The notes under the pieces are model-generated. The model made no database searches. It was not told where the DNA came from and saw only the letters and a program-made list of their open reading frames with translations. Shown piece by piece: positions 37,683 to 50,800 of a stretch of 64,000 bases of DNA. Within the stretch, counting starts at the first letter, position 1. Every line of letters starts with the position of its first letter. The position numbers were made by a program, and so were the translations under genes. Source of the DNA: Raillietiella orientalis (lineage: Eukaryota); the NCBI GenBank assembly GCA_036172245.1, contig JAYWIR010000004.1:2108001-2172000 (forward strand), given 5' to 3'.

Positions 37683-37736
37683 AATGTTTCCCTAAGAACC
37701 AGAGGAGTGTGTACCTCTAGTTCTTAGGGAAACATT
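37683..37736. repeat. 23-bp inverted repeat (1 mismatch) with an 8-nt loop
   Basis: aatgtttccctaagaaccagagg-agtgtgta-cctctagttcttagggaaacatt. Confidence 0.92.
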
Positions 37737-39595
37737 TGACAAAGATGTTAAAATACGGTGCAGATTCCTTGCTGTGCTGTTGCCAAGGTGTCATGGCTTG
37801 CAAAAACCTCATCGTTAGTGGGAATTCCGTGATAACTTGGCTTCCATGGTGATTTTCGTATCCTGATTGCTGAGGGTACATGTTGACTGAACCTCGAAAT
37901 TCTATGGATCGAGGCTGCCAATTTTCCAGATGAATGGGCCATGGTTTGTTCCATGGAGTGGTGCATTACTAAGAGAGTGTATAGGACGATCTGCCATTGT
38001 CATACAGGTTAAGAGGAACTGCAAACGAAAAGAACCCTTCCAAAGAAGAAGAGTGCTGTGGGGCCTGTTGCCAGATTTATGACCACAATTTCCCATGGGG
38101 CATGGTGATTTCTGCGAGTCATATCTCATGCCCAGAAATGCACACGAGATAGTTTGATCGCTAGTGGTTTGTGCGCCATAGACTGTTGTCAGCTCATTGA
38201 TAACAATTTAGGTCCTAATCGAAATTCAGACCAAAATTGCCAGTAGAACCAGAAACCATTTTCCATTATCTCAACACCCCCAAAACTAATGATGAAATGG
38301 AAACTCCAATAGATTATGCATAAGTTGCTCTTAGAATGTCAAGACTCTCATTGCTTCGTACTTTTTTTTTTGGATCAACCGTTCGAAAAGAGAAAAAAAA
38401 CGGATGGATGCTATGGATAGACACTCTTGGCATTTTCAAATCTCTGTCGTAGATTGCTCTGCTTTCGTTTTCTACTGAAAGTCATCTCCCACCCACGTAG
38501 ATATCGCAGTTTGATTGATTCAATTTCCTGGCTACAGAACTAGAGCATGCTGTTGGCCGACCATGTGAAAACGAATGAGCAAACTGGACATAGTTTGCAT
38601 ATAAGCCTCTGCAGTGGTAGATATTTTCTTAGAGCAACAGGAGTAACCCTTGAAACGGCACTTGTTGCCGTCGCAGAGCACGACTGATTCGTCAAGCTAA
38701 ACGGCAAATGCCACCGGATTCTCCCTTTGGATCCTCTTTCGATAAACGCATTGCAGAAAGGTGGACATTGCGTCACATGAAGTACTTTCAGCCTGAGCAT
38801 CTTGAAAGAGTTTTTGAGAAAAAAAGGATTCTTATCGGTAATCTTAAGATGTGGCATAGGGAAAACACGATTTTCGTAACCGACCAAAAGAATGCGTGTG
38901 AACAGATGAGAAACGAAATGGACAGAGCGAGCACCTCCCAGAAGGCAAATAGCGCGAAGAAAAAGTGTACACCACGAAAAATTTCGTCAGGCGTTGGACC
39001 ATCATTAAGCAGAAAGAGTTTTAAGCATTAAATGCAAGCGCTGACATGATGGTGGGATAATCCCCGACGGAGATTGTATTACCTCCCTAGAAGATCGTGT
39101 TCTTCTAAGGAAGTAACAGGCCATGGAGCATTCATTAGTGCGCCTCGTTCGAAGTCCCTAGTTCACCATTAGAACGCTTCGCGTAGTGGTCCATTTGCTT
39201 ACGGAAATCCAAACTGCTATGTTAAGGACTTCTGCAGTTTGTATTGAGTTGAATCTTGCGAGAGCAAGCTTCTGAAACCTTTGTGTTGCGCGCAATTTAG
39301 CATCGAACAGCGACAAAGGCGAGAGTTTTCTTTTGCGTTTTTTGTGCTCTAGAAGAACTTTTCAACATTTCCAGCATTCCCGCTTTGTATCTTGTTCTGG
39401 TAAAACCTCCCAATGTGTTCTCGTTCCAAAATACTTCCCGTTTTAGTTCGTGCAGCGGAAAAAGGAATCTCACTGTGCGCGTTTTCTCTTGATTCGATGA
39501 AGAAATCCAACTCTAAAAGGAACAATGGGATTCATTCTTTTTTCTTTTACTTTTCTACATGCTACGATAGCTCAATCCACCAGTGTTCGTGCTAC

Positions 39596-42500
39596 TCATT
39601 CGTCTGCCTCCATTTCTGATTTCCTATAAAAATCTGTAGTACCGTACGACTCAGTACCCGATGGGTCATGGGAGGACCATGGTGGGTAGGTGTTGGTCTC
39701 TTCTTGGGTGGGATAAGATTGGGGGGTGCTGGTTTCCCACGGATCTTCGGTGAACCATGGCTTGTGAGTGAAATCAGTTGGTCTGCTGTGACTCCATTCG
39801 TCTTCAGTGTGAGTTGTGTAATCGGGGAAGTATGTGGTGTAGGGATGGTCTGTTTGCATGCTAGCCCATGGATCGTGCGGATGATCTTCCTTGGGACAGA
39901 AGCTTATGCCATGATGCTGCAGCAGTATATCTGCTTTCTCCAGAAACATGGGAGAAAGCCCAAGTACTCCTTTATGTGAAATGCCAATAAATTTGAGATA
40001 GCATCTTTTCCCATCCTGAAACAAAGAAAGAAAAACTGAGTAACAGGACGAACGGGGAATCCACCAGGGATGCAACTCTGTTGGCATCTGGTTCAAATTA
40101 CGGGGAGAGCGGCCATTCTCAACATGCGCAGCACTGGTTTGGGAGGCAAGCTGATCGGGAGCCTCCTCTCGCGAGGGGAAAAAAAGGATTCACTTCAGCT
40201 CGAGCTGAGGAACTTCGGTCCTTACGCTTATCGCGTGCAAACCAAAAGGCACATTGGCTTTCTGTTTGACTGGCATCCTAAGCAAGCATCGTTGTCACAC
40301 TGTAAAACAGTGCGTGAATAAAGTCGACCTGACGTTCCATGTCTTCTAGCTCAAGCGAAAGTCCCGGTGCCTCTACGTTTGCAACGAATGCAGGATGGCC
40401 ATCACGGATTACTCGGACCGAGGGAGCTACCGCAGTTTCTGCTAATTTTCCGCTGATGCGCCAAAGCAGAGCCAAAATCCAGTCATCCGTTAAAGGAGTT
40501 CTTGTATGTTTACTTAAAGCTAGATAAAGTTTCACGGAGACCCTATCAGATACGTTCCCTTGGGAAATCTCGTATCTATGAATTGCATAGTCTGCGGAAG
40601 TATATTACGAAAAGACTTTGCCAGATATGAATTCCTTCCTACTGCTCTTTTCCGAAAGTTTTCCAAAAGCACAGGCAACAAGAGGAAATGCTCCACGCCG
40701 AAATTTCAAATCAACAGAATGAGAATCCCCAACATCATTTCATCAGGTTAAACAAATCCCGAAGAGCGAAACTAATCAGCATAAGGAGCCAAACTTTAAA
40801 AAGCTGCCTTACTTTCTGAATGTAATCCTCTCCGGAAAGTGTGATCTTGAAGTCACTCGTGAAATATAAATCAAGCGTTACATCTTGATCGAAGATGACG
40901 TCGCAATTCACCTGGAATTCAAGATCCAGATTTTGCTCGGAAAGACATCGTGAATCATACCCAATGCAGGGATCCATCCCACGATGATTCGGGATCGAGA
41001 GTTACTGCTAGATGTTCAACGAATTCTTTTGGAGCATAACTAAAAGAACTTCCTGTCGCGAGGAATCCCCAAAGTCTTGGGTATCGAGCATAATTGGTAC
41101 CGTCCATGTTGACGAGCATGCTGATTCAACAGGTTTCATCAAATGATGCACATCGAACAGATAAGTTGTATGTCATGCACAATAAATTCAAGGGTTGCAT
41201 CCGAAAAGTCAGACCGTTTATCCATTTCAGTTTGAGTAAGCTTCCCTTTTCAACAAGTGAATTCGCGTAGTGTATGGAAAGCGCTCTTGAAAGACAATTT
41301 CCAAATGAAATGCCCCAATGAAAGAGAGTGAAATAGGTTCGTTTCCTCGATAGGCGAAGTTTTTGTTTGGGAATCCCTAGGTGAGATTTGAAATTTTTGC
41401 CCCCTTGGACACTGACTGTTAGTTAGCGCAAGCTTCAGAAAGCCTTCAAAATTCAGAAGTCATAGAAACGAAAACACCAAGAGTAAACCAAAACATTTAC
41501 CTATCCAACTTGAAGGCGAACATCGCATTGTCTTCAAATGGCACGATCTCTGTCTGTTGATGGCACTCTGCACCAAAATGGATGAAGCCACCAGTTCCTC
41601 TAATAACATTTCATATGAATAAGCATGACCGCTACGAATTAATGAACGAAGTGCTTTTCTTTACCGGTCGAAGGACAAGCCCACAGGAGAGTGCTGGTAG
41701 CCCAACGACTTCGATAGAGCCTCCACTGCTTTTCTGTTGAAAGGGAAGCTCCCATCGGCCATCAGTTTATCGGAGTAGTGAGAGCGTCCGTCTTGGACAG
41801 AATCGACTAGTATTATTCTACGAATAATTGGAGTTTGTGAAACTTCGTTGTCAACGATCAAAGGCACCTGTGAACAAGAAACGTATTTTGCTCTTGCAAG
41901 AACAACATTTTCTTCGTGGAAAGTGTGCAATCGTCAGAAACAAGTCATCAGGCTGCATCCACGACAAGTAACATGCAGGAAAAACTTCGATCGACACATA
42001 TCACGTACACATAAACGTATGATAATTTGATACATGCTGATAATTTCATACATGTTTATGTTTCTTTGTTTTCTTTATCGCTACACTTTGTCTTTCTTCT
42101 CCCTTGGACAATTCATTGGGCGGCTTTATAGACTTTGTCGCGTTGCATAAGAATTATTTTAATGGGAATAGACTCTTTCGAGTTATCATTTTTAGGCGAA
42201 AAAGAAAAGTTTGCTAGCTTTTCTCTTTCGCATATAGCATTTTTCCAAAGCAAAAAAAAAACTTTCTTCGGAGTTGAAAGAATAAACTAGATTACAGTGA
42301 TGAGGTCGACTCCAGGGGTTCCTTTTCCTTTTATTCCGAATAATAACACATCAGTCTTGTCACTGTGGTTTCCATACCACGTACTTGATCGGTGGCAATC
42401 GTATTTCTTCCGTTCCTCTGTGATGAGGGAATGATTCTCCCACATATTTCGTAAAGGACTGAAATAGCCTACCACAGAATTTAGAGGTACAACAGGAACT

Positions 42501-42830
42501 AGCAACCAACAAATCCTCCCTCGTATGATCCAATATCAAATCAAACGGTTCCTGGTAACTGCCGAGAAAAACTCTGAAAAGGTAAAGCCCCTTAAAAATC
42601 CTCAGTGACACTGAATGAAGATAATGATAGCTTTACCTCTCGGTATTCCAAAACTGCACACTGTGTTTCAGGAAGATATTCTCTTGGTTTAGGTATGCTC
42701 TTCACACTATTCAGAAAAGCAGGACAAGATAAGGAAAAGCTAGAATAAAGTCGTTCATCTACCTTGAGATGCACAGAAATCCAATTACAGCAAAGATCAG
42801 TATTTTCCGATGGCAAGTTTCTTTGAACAT
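39596..42830 (-). CDS. Secreted pepsin-family (A1) aspartic protease homolog, predicted catalytically inactive, with a Thr/Pro/His/Asp-rich C-terminal tail (9 exons, ~451 aa)
   Basis: Exons (minus): 42830-42763, 42706-42660, 42610-42473, 42417-42296, 41867-41665, 41599-41501, 41120-40961, 40911-40813, 40015-39596. Phases are consistent, though the exon 2 donor is weak and uncertain. Pepsin-like landmarks occur in order: LYLFRVFLGSYQEPFDLILDHTREDLLVASSCCTSKFC (~IGTPPQxFxVxFDTGSSNLWVPSxxC), KKYDCHRSSTW (~KYDxxxSSTY), GGFIHFG, GFLATGSSFSYAP (~AIxDTGTSLIxGP), VNCD, ITLSGEDYI, CYLKF, GISF. The N-terminus is signal-peptide-like. Confidence 0.85.
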
Positions 42831-44840
42831 CGCTGCTGCAAGCAATTTTTTGCATCAGAAGTAAAGCAGTGAAGAAGAATCTCGAGAATCACGATCGACT
42901 TTTCAATATCTTTGTATAGAGCAATGTTTGAAGCTCCCTTGTCCGTGGTCTGTGGTTCACACGAAATGGTTTCTGAACTTTGTAAGTGCTTTGGGAATTA
43001 TACTTCCCCATTGGAGATGCAGCTGCGTTTTCATGTCCCCCTGTTAATTGAAATTGCCTTGAATGGATTTCAAAATGTTCCCAGAGAAACTCGAATTCAT
43101 GAAAAATCTAATGGAATTCTCTGTGAAATCGATTCATTAGACCGTCATCTTTTTTTGCTCTCCAACGCGATGATGTCGTAATGTTTCTTCAATGCGACCG
43201 AGGGCTGCAAGCGTGCGTCAGACTTGCCTCTTTGAGATGAATATTCTACAGCAGGCAAATCTCAATCTGAGAAACTACAACTCCGCAATGGAATTACCTG
43301 TGTTATTCCAATTGGAAACGGGAACGAAACGAAGAGATCCGTATTCTAGTAGATAGAGATATACACAGGGAAGAGCAAAAGTGTACTCGAGATTGGCTTC
43401 AAAATAAGGAATCCTAAATCTTCATCCTGTATTTTAAAGCTGTACCTGAATCTGGATAAAAATGGGAAACAAGTAAAAGAGGTGCATGGCATTTTAATAA
43501 AATAGGCCAGCCAAAGATGTCTCACTTGGTAGAAGGATTCCCGGGAAAACGGACATTACCTCAAATGGTGTTTTGCTCCCGTTCCTATTGGAAAGAACAA
43601 ATCTTCCAAGTAATTCCTCCATCCGAGACGGAATGGGAGATCAAATTCGTGATAGACGCAGGCATTATCGTAGAAGGGAAATGGGTCACTTTTCAGGAAA
43701 TTCCTTCCTTCCTTCGATGGGCAGTGGCAGCACGAATGCGCTTCTAGCGTTGTGTAAATGAGTTTATCCTTCCTAATTCAAGACAGTACCCTAATGATGT
43801 AAATCACCGTGCTTGTAGATGGTTATGGGAAAGATCTTCAGCTCTTCATCAGTGAAACACGATAAGCTGCAATCGAAGAAAACCTGTTTCCTTACATTAG
43901 TGCTGTACCATCGAGATTTCTGCGCCCTTAGCAAATTGTCAAGCATTCCATCCAAGAAATTCATGCTCATTTCTTCTGCGCTTCTGTCGCTGATTTGTCC
44001 CGAATTATGAAGTTCCTCTTTCAACTGCTAAGGCATACACCATTGCTTACGGTAAATTATTGCTTCTGGTCGGTGGAGTTCCAGCTTCTTTACTCCATTC
44101 AATGACCAGAGAGTGTGCGTGTCTTCGCCCTCCCTTCTGTACGAATTTTTCATCAACTTGAAGTTTGACTTGCTCGATTTTCTCCTCGAGGACTGCACAA
44201 GTCTTGGTATTTCAGATGCGTACAATTGAACACCTTCAAAGCACATCAGAGAAAGAATGATCGAATGAAATCCAAACAGGAAACTGTTCTATTTTGCCTC
44301 AGAACTCAGACATGGAAACGAAGCATGAGATATTATGGCAGATTGCAAGAGGTGCCCATCAATCCGACTGAAAAAATAAGGAACCTCGCGAAAAGTTCCA
44401 CAGCAGCTATGCAAATACACTTAACATTCGCACAACAAAACAAAACACTTCAAAGCTTATGTCGCACGGGCTTATGAAAAGAATACAACTAACAGAAAAG
44501 TAAGTTGCATTTTTTTCTCTTCTACATGCCTCAATGTGCACGTGTCCATCAAACAAGTGCTGTGCTCTGATCGAGAAAAATTCCCACTAGTTGGAAACAC
44601 TAGGCAGTGCCTTACGATTTCGGTCAGTCGCAAACTGATTTCCAGTCTTACATAGCAAAGACCGTAAGAGTCTACAAATGTCAACTTCGTCGATACGTGC
44701 AACATATACATCGTGACGTCAGCTCACGCTGCAATTAAATCATCCTCCTACGAATGAACTGAAATTCAGTGTTGTCTCACTACTCATTTGAAATCAGTAA
44801 TCAACATTCCAAAGTTGAGTACCACAATGAAAATAACAGG

Positions 44841-47800
44841 TGCAATGAATAGAAACACACCCACAAATGCCGTTTTCTTTCCCTCTCATCCACGTTCGAA
44901 TACGTACGCGTTCTTTCTCTTCATGGACCAACGCAGATTCTTGCTCCTCAACAAAAGCGCAGAACCCTTCGTCGTGCGAGCAGCGCTCTTCCCCACGCAT
45001 GCCGTTTCGCCTGAAGATCCAATCAGCAGCGCAATCCAAGTGTCGTTCGACCACGGAAGAGGAAGCATCTCCCCGAAGCCCGATCTCCATCACTTACGAA
45101 TCCGCATCCAGAACGCGCTGCGCGGCCATCCATCATCCTTCCTTGCAAGAGGCCAGGCGTGGCAGCCAGGCGAGACTGGCACGGTAAACCGCGGGTTGGC
45201 GTGGGGGGCGAGCTCGGGGAGAGCGTCCGCGTCGACGGAACGACGATGCCTCCGCGAAAGGAAGGACGTGGCAGAAGAGGCAGAAGCCAACGGTTGCGAG
45301 CGACTGGCGACGGGTATGGGCGCGCGGCGGTCCATCGGGAGAACTGCGTTTTCTTTTGCGACCCGCCGAAAGTGCGGCGTGCGGTCGGTCAGGCGCGGTC
45401 CGGATGGCTGTGTTGTCGGGTCTCTTCGGGTAAGGGGAAGCTGCGCACTGCGAGCTGGCCACCGCCCGCGGTCTGTTCCGCAGTCCGAAGGTCCCGACCA
45501 CCTCTGCGGCTCTCCGTGCGCCGGTGGCACACACAACGAGCGACGAAGACGCCTCTTTCGTAGGCGAGTGGAGCTGCGGAAAGCTGGTTGTCGGCAGCTC
45601 GCGCGCGGGGTGGTGCCTGCCGGCGGCGCGGGACAGGAATCGGAAGCGCGGCGAGTCTCCGCCGCATGCTGCTGCGATGGCCGAACCGATCGCTGCACGA
45701 CACAGGGCGGTGCTGCGGACGTGCCAAAGCAAACGGGAAACGCGAAGCGTCCGCGTTTCCTCGTTCGCAAAAGCAAACGTCAGTGTGCCAAGCCGCAGGA
45801 CACACAGGTGCCAGGATGCGTGGCGAAGAATGGCCCCTCTTCCGGGAAGAGCCGGGCGGGAGGGGACGTGCCGAACGTTGCGGAAGGCGGATGCTCTCTC
45901 CGACGCAGTGCTTCGCCACCCACGAACGGGACCAGCGAGCTAGAGGAGCGGTGCTGAGCGGCGAGGCTGCCGCAAGTTCCTGGCATCCAGACAGCAAGAG
46001 CACGTTGGCCAGGCGACCCTCCGCCCGCCAAGCAGGCAGCGCAGGCTGCCGTTCGGAATCGTTCCCGTCCGGGGGCAGCCGGTCGCGATGGCATGCTGGT
46101 GGTGTTCCGCAGTCCCCTGCTCCTGAGTTCCCGCCACACCGCGTTCGAACGGTCGCCTTTCCAGAGGTGCAGCGCGCGGCGCCGCGGACGAAGGAAGCGA
46201 ACCGCCTTTCCCTCTTCTTGCTCTTCTGTCTTTTCGAAGGAAGAGGACGAGGAGAGAGGAAAGCAGGGAAGGGGAAAAGGAAGGACGCGCGTCGATTTCG
46301 GTGGCCATGTGGAGTGCTGTGCGACGACATGACGTCAATAGCGCGGACGAGTGTAGAAGCAGGTCGGCGATGCTTGGAGGGAGGGAGCCCCGCACACGCA
46401 TGTCTGCACGTGGTGAGACCACAGGCGGTCCGGGGATGGCGCCACCTGCACATCGACAACTGCGGGCGCAACCCTCGTGCTCGGGCGCGCGCACTTTCCT
46501 GCCGGCATTTCCATGCTCTCCTGCATTGTCCGCGCGCGACACGGAGACGATCCTTCCCTCAGCTTCCCGTCTCACCGGACCCCCAGTTTGTCGAAACTCG
46601 GCGATGCGCTTCCCTCTCCTCCGCTTGCCGAGCGGCGGCTCAGCCCTCATCCCCTCACGGGCAAGTCGTGCTCTCGCAAGGGAGACTCCTGCGACAGGAG
46701 AGAGAACCACCACACGTCCCGGGCTGTTGAGCAACCGGCGGTTGCAAGGGAACCGTTCGCAAACGATCCCGCTTGACGCGAGAGCCGCTTCCCGGTTCGC
46801 GTGCTCCACGAACGGGAACGATGCGGGCGGGATCGACGGAGAAGCGCCAAGCGCGATTCTCCGAGCTCTCCCCGGATGACACGGCTTTCGCCAAAAGTTG
46901 GACAGGAAGCTTGGCGACCAACAGTGCTTCCGCTCGCGGCACATCGCCTTATTGACGTGACGCGCGAGAACGCAAGTACGACACGGCTGCGTTGTCATTG
47001 CGACGAACGGGCAAATTAGGCCAAGGCAAGGTCGACGCCGAGCGTTCGACATCCGTGTCGCGGAGGCGCGCCGACGGTGGTTGAAAATCGATCCATAGCG
47101 TGCCACCCATCTATCACGCGAAGACGAAGGAGGGCGGGATGCTTGCAAGGCATCCGAATTCCCGAGGGTGCGAAGCCATCCGTTGGGCTCTTTTCGCTGG
47201 ACGTTCCCCCGGTGAGAAGGAGCGGCGAATTGCGAGCGGACCCCGCCAGCGCTCGGCAGCTGCGCCGCGAGCGAATCTTCTCACTCCTCACCGAATCTTG
47301 CAGGATCTCCTGGAGCGTCCAGCTGTTGTCACGCAAGTAAAGGAAGCGTCGAACCTGTTCGTCGCTTGGCTCCTTGGCACGGTTGCCTGAAACCAGGCAC
47401 TACCGTAGATCCATCCGTTGTTCCTGGCCAGCTTGGCCACCCGCCAAATGTGCAGTCCGCAGTGGATGAGGCAGCGTGAGTCCGACCATCGCTGTCTCCG
47501 TGGCATGCTGGACGAGATGACGTGCAGGTGGGAACCAGGTGGCCTACAGCAGTACAGGTTTACCTCGACTGCAGGCAGATGCCCAACACACGAGCTGCAG
47601 CTCCATTCATTCCAGCGTCAAGAAAAGGTCTAGGTCGCCGTCCAAGACGAAAAACGGGACGCGGAGAGTGCACCTCCTTCCCCAGCCTCTTGCATATCCG
47701 AGGACGGGCGGACCACGGCAGGGATCCGGAACTGCGAAATTCGATGTTGGATCCACGAGTGTCGCCCGCCCTCCTACGGAGCACACGCGCGCAAGTCCAG

Positions 47801-50800
47801 GTGGCGTCCCAGCGTCGTGAGTGTCGACCGAGGTCTTCACTCCGGATGGCTCCTGCCTACGTGACCACCCGGAAAAGTTTGCCGTCTTGGCGCCCGCCGG
47901 GCAAGTCTGCAGATTTGGAGCGGTCTCTGGGAGAACGTCCGAGGCGGCGTGCGAGGCGCGCAGATCCCGAGACAGATGGTGGCCATCTCAGACGCGAAAA
48001 ACGAAAAGGGGATGCAGGAAACCTACGGACGAAGAAGAGTGGGGACGCGCATAAGGCGCGTCGCTAACGAGGTGGCGATGGCTATCAGACGAGCGAAAGT
48101 CCGACGTTTTCGTCGGCGATGCCTGCGTAGACAACATCACGGGCGGCGGGAAGCTGACGGACCGCATCACGCGCAACCTGAATTTTCGGAGGTGACACCG
48201 GACACGTGAGTGAAGGCCGCGGACGCGCAGCAGCGCTCCGAGATCTCGCTGTGCGGAGAAGCCGGTGCATCCAACGAGGTGCAAGACGGAGGCCAGCGAT
48301 GGGAGAGCTGGCACGTTGGCGCGAGTCCATCTCGGGAGCGGACTGCAGTCCGAAGCAGGACCTGGTCTTGCGAACAGACGGAAGAGGGACGCGGGAAGTT
48401 TCCTGCCTGGGGGCTGCCGAGCAGGAGTGAGCCCAAAGAAGGAGGAGGTGATCGCGGTCAACTCCGGGGCAGTGTTTCCACCAGGTCACACTGGGAAGTG
48501 TTTGCTGTGCAGAATGGAAATTTCGCGAGGGAATCGTCCGGAATTTCCGTCGGGGCAGCGCAGTGACGCCACTTGCGCGTGTTCCGGTGGAGCCCTGCGC
48601 CCGCTAAATTCTCCGAAAGGAATGCTCGCAGGGAAGTCAGGGGAGAGGGAAGGGAACAAAAAAGGTACCAACAAGTTTCAGAAGTAAGCGAATCGGATTC
48701 CTGAGTGCTTGCGCGTTTCCTCTGCATGCTCTCAAGGCAAGAAGGGTGCAGGCACCGGCTTCTTCCGGTTGTTCCTCGTGTGCGACCATCTCTCTCGAGG
48801 CGATGCTTAGGAACGAGGAAACAAAGGGGAGGGCTGCTTCCCTGTTGTCACGTGAGGCCTGTGCCGTCGGCTCCTCATGCCGCCCCCATTGCGTGGATGC
48901 AGCGCAGAGCGGCGGTCGTCACGGCGGCATACATCCCGTCACGCGTGAGGAGGCGTCCGAAAGAGACGTTCGGGCGGTCTTCCGAGAACTTCAGGTCAGG
49001 GACATGTTCGAACGTCCCCGCGAGAACCGGAGTGCAACGCACTCCAGAAGCAGGCGAGGCAAGGTTCCTCCCTCGCCACCGAACCTGTCGCACTGTGGCG
49101 ACCCGTACACGTTTCCTGGTCCAGGGATGGAGGCGTGAATCGCATGGGACGGCGCAAAGAGGCGGTCGCCACGATGAGACGTGCCACGCATCTGGGGAAG
49201 CATGGAGACATACGCGAACGCCAGAGCAAGGCGAGCGGCACGCTTTGCTGCACTCACTGCAATGGTGGCTACACACCTATTTCGTCAGTACGACGCGGAG
49301 CTTCCCCTCGCAGTGGGGAGTTTGCTCCTTCGCAAACGGAAGAAAACTTCCACGCCTTCATTGCTGAAAGCGCGACAGAAAGTTCGACTCCCATTGTCCA
49401 GGCCCTCGTCCGGGACATCCGCTTTGAAGCGCTACCAGTGCGGCACACGAATGAACAGAGGTCAACCAGAGTCATCTTGCAGGAGGAACTCCAACCCACC
49501 ACGCACTTCGTCGATTCGTTTCGGAGTATTCGAACCCGCGTGCATGGCACCACGAGCGGAGGGGACCGTAACCACACGGCCTCCGACGCGCGCACCATCA
49601 AGACTTGTTGCAACGGGATTCCACGCAAGCACATCTGTCCAGCGGACAAGTCGTTCGGGAAGAGTGGAAAGGTCAGCCAGTTGACGCGCCAGCAACGCAA
49701 CCGCTTTTTCTTCTTTTTTTTTTCCTGCCATCTCGCAGTGAATTTGCCATCGTTCGGGCTAATGGCTATCCCGGCTTTCCATAGAGGACTACGTCGTTGC
49801 AGCAAAGAGGGGGCTTTTCTGTGCCGACCAGGTTTCCCTCGGGCAGTCCATGATCTCCTTCGGCGAGCAGGAAGGGAGAGTTCGGACGCGACCCGTACGA
49901 ACAAGGGCATGAGTTGCGTGTTGGGGCCGTGCAATCGGAAGGGCGAGCAGGAAGTCTTCCGGGAGCTCGCGATTCGGCGGCGGACCAAATCAGGCAGAAG
50001 ACGTACGCGCTGCAGCGTACGGGGAAGACCCTGGGAAGGAGCACGCTCAGGAAGACGGCACGAAAACCCCACCAGGATGCAGAGCAAATTGGTTGGAAAG
50101 GCACCGCGCGCGGACGACGACGGGACCCGTTCGTGGCGCCATCGTCCATCGCCCGTCGCCGTCGCCACACGAAGGCTACGTCGGAACGGGTGTCTCCGGC
50201 TGCGAACGCCGTCTCAACCCCCCAGCGTCCCTACAATACCCATTCAGGCAGGTGAAGCGACGCAGCCGGTGGCTGCGGCGGATGCTTCCCGTAACCACGT
50301 GGAGGGACACCTTGCAGCCCTTCCGCGGAAGGCGCCGGTCCGGATGTGGCGAGATGGTCAGCCTCCTGCCAGCACGCGGCGGACGGTTGTGCTGGGACCA
50401 CACAGCCGGTTCGGCCGTTAACTACCTCCGAGGAAGCGCGCTGTTGCGAAAACGAATGCTTCGCACTCTCTTCCAGTCACCTAGCAGCAGGAAGGCGATC
50501 CTCCCGCGAGCTACCTCTCGCCTTCGCGTACGGGAAGTGGGACGGAGCCCAAGAAGCGGAAGTGTCCCGATGGGCGATGCCCTCTTGGTTTTGCGGAAGA
50601 CGGAAAGAGCCTCTCTTGTTGCATGAGCTGCTGCATCCGATCGGTGCGCAAGGAACGGTTCAGTAGCGGAAGCTGGGGAGTACAGATTGCCGGGAGCGCA
50701 TCACCTGGATAGTGGGTCGGTAAAGGCCAACTTTCGGCACTCTCTTTTGCGGTGTTGTTCTGGGTGCCGCCGCCGTATCTTCGGATGGCCAGCGTCGTGC

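Noticed and set aside
37750..38200. Possible decayed DIRS-like RT/RNase H fragment on the minus strand (FLGMRYDS; ITMEAKLS)
   Set aside because: There are only two weak motif echoes amid stops and frameshifts; a profile search would be needed.
43500..44280. Exon-like segments on the minus strand (e.g. EEMSMNFLDGMLDNLLRAQKSRWYSTN followed by gtaagg)
   Set aside because: I could not build a phase-consistent gene model or recognise a family.
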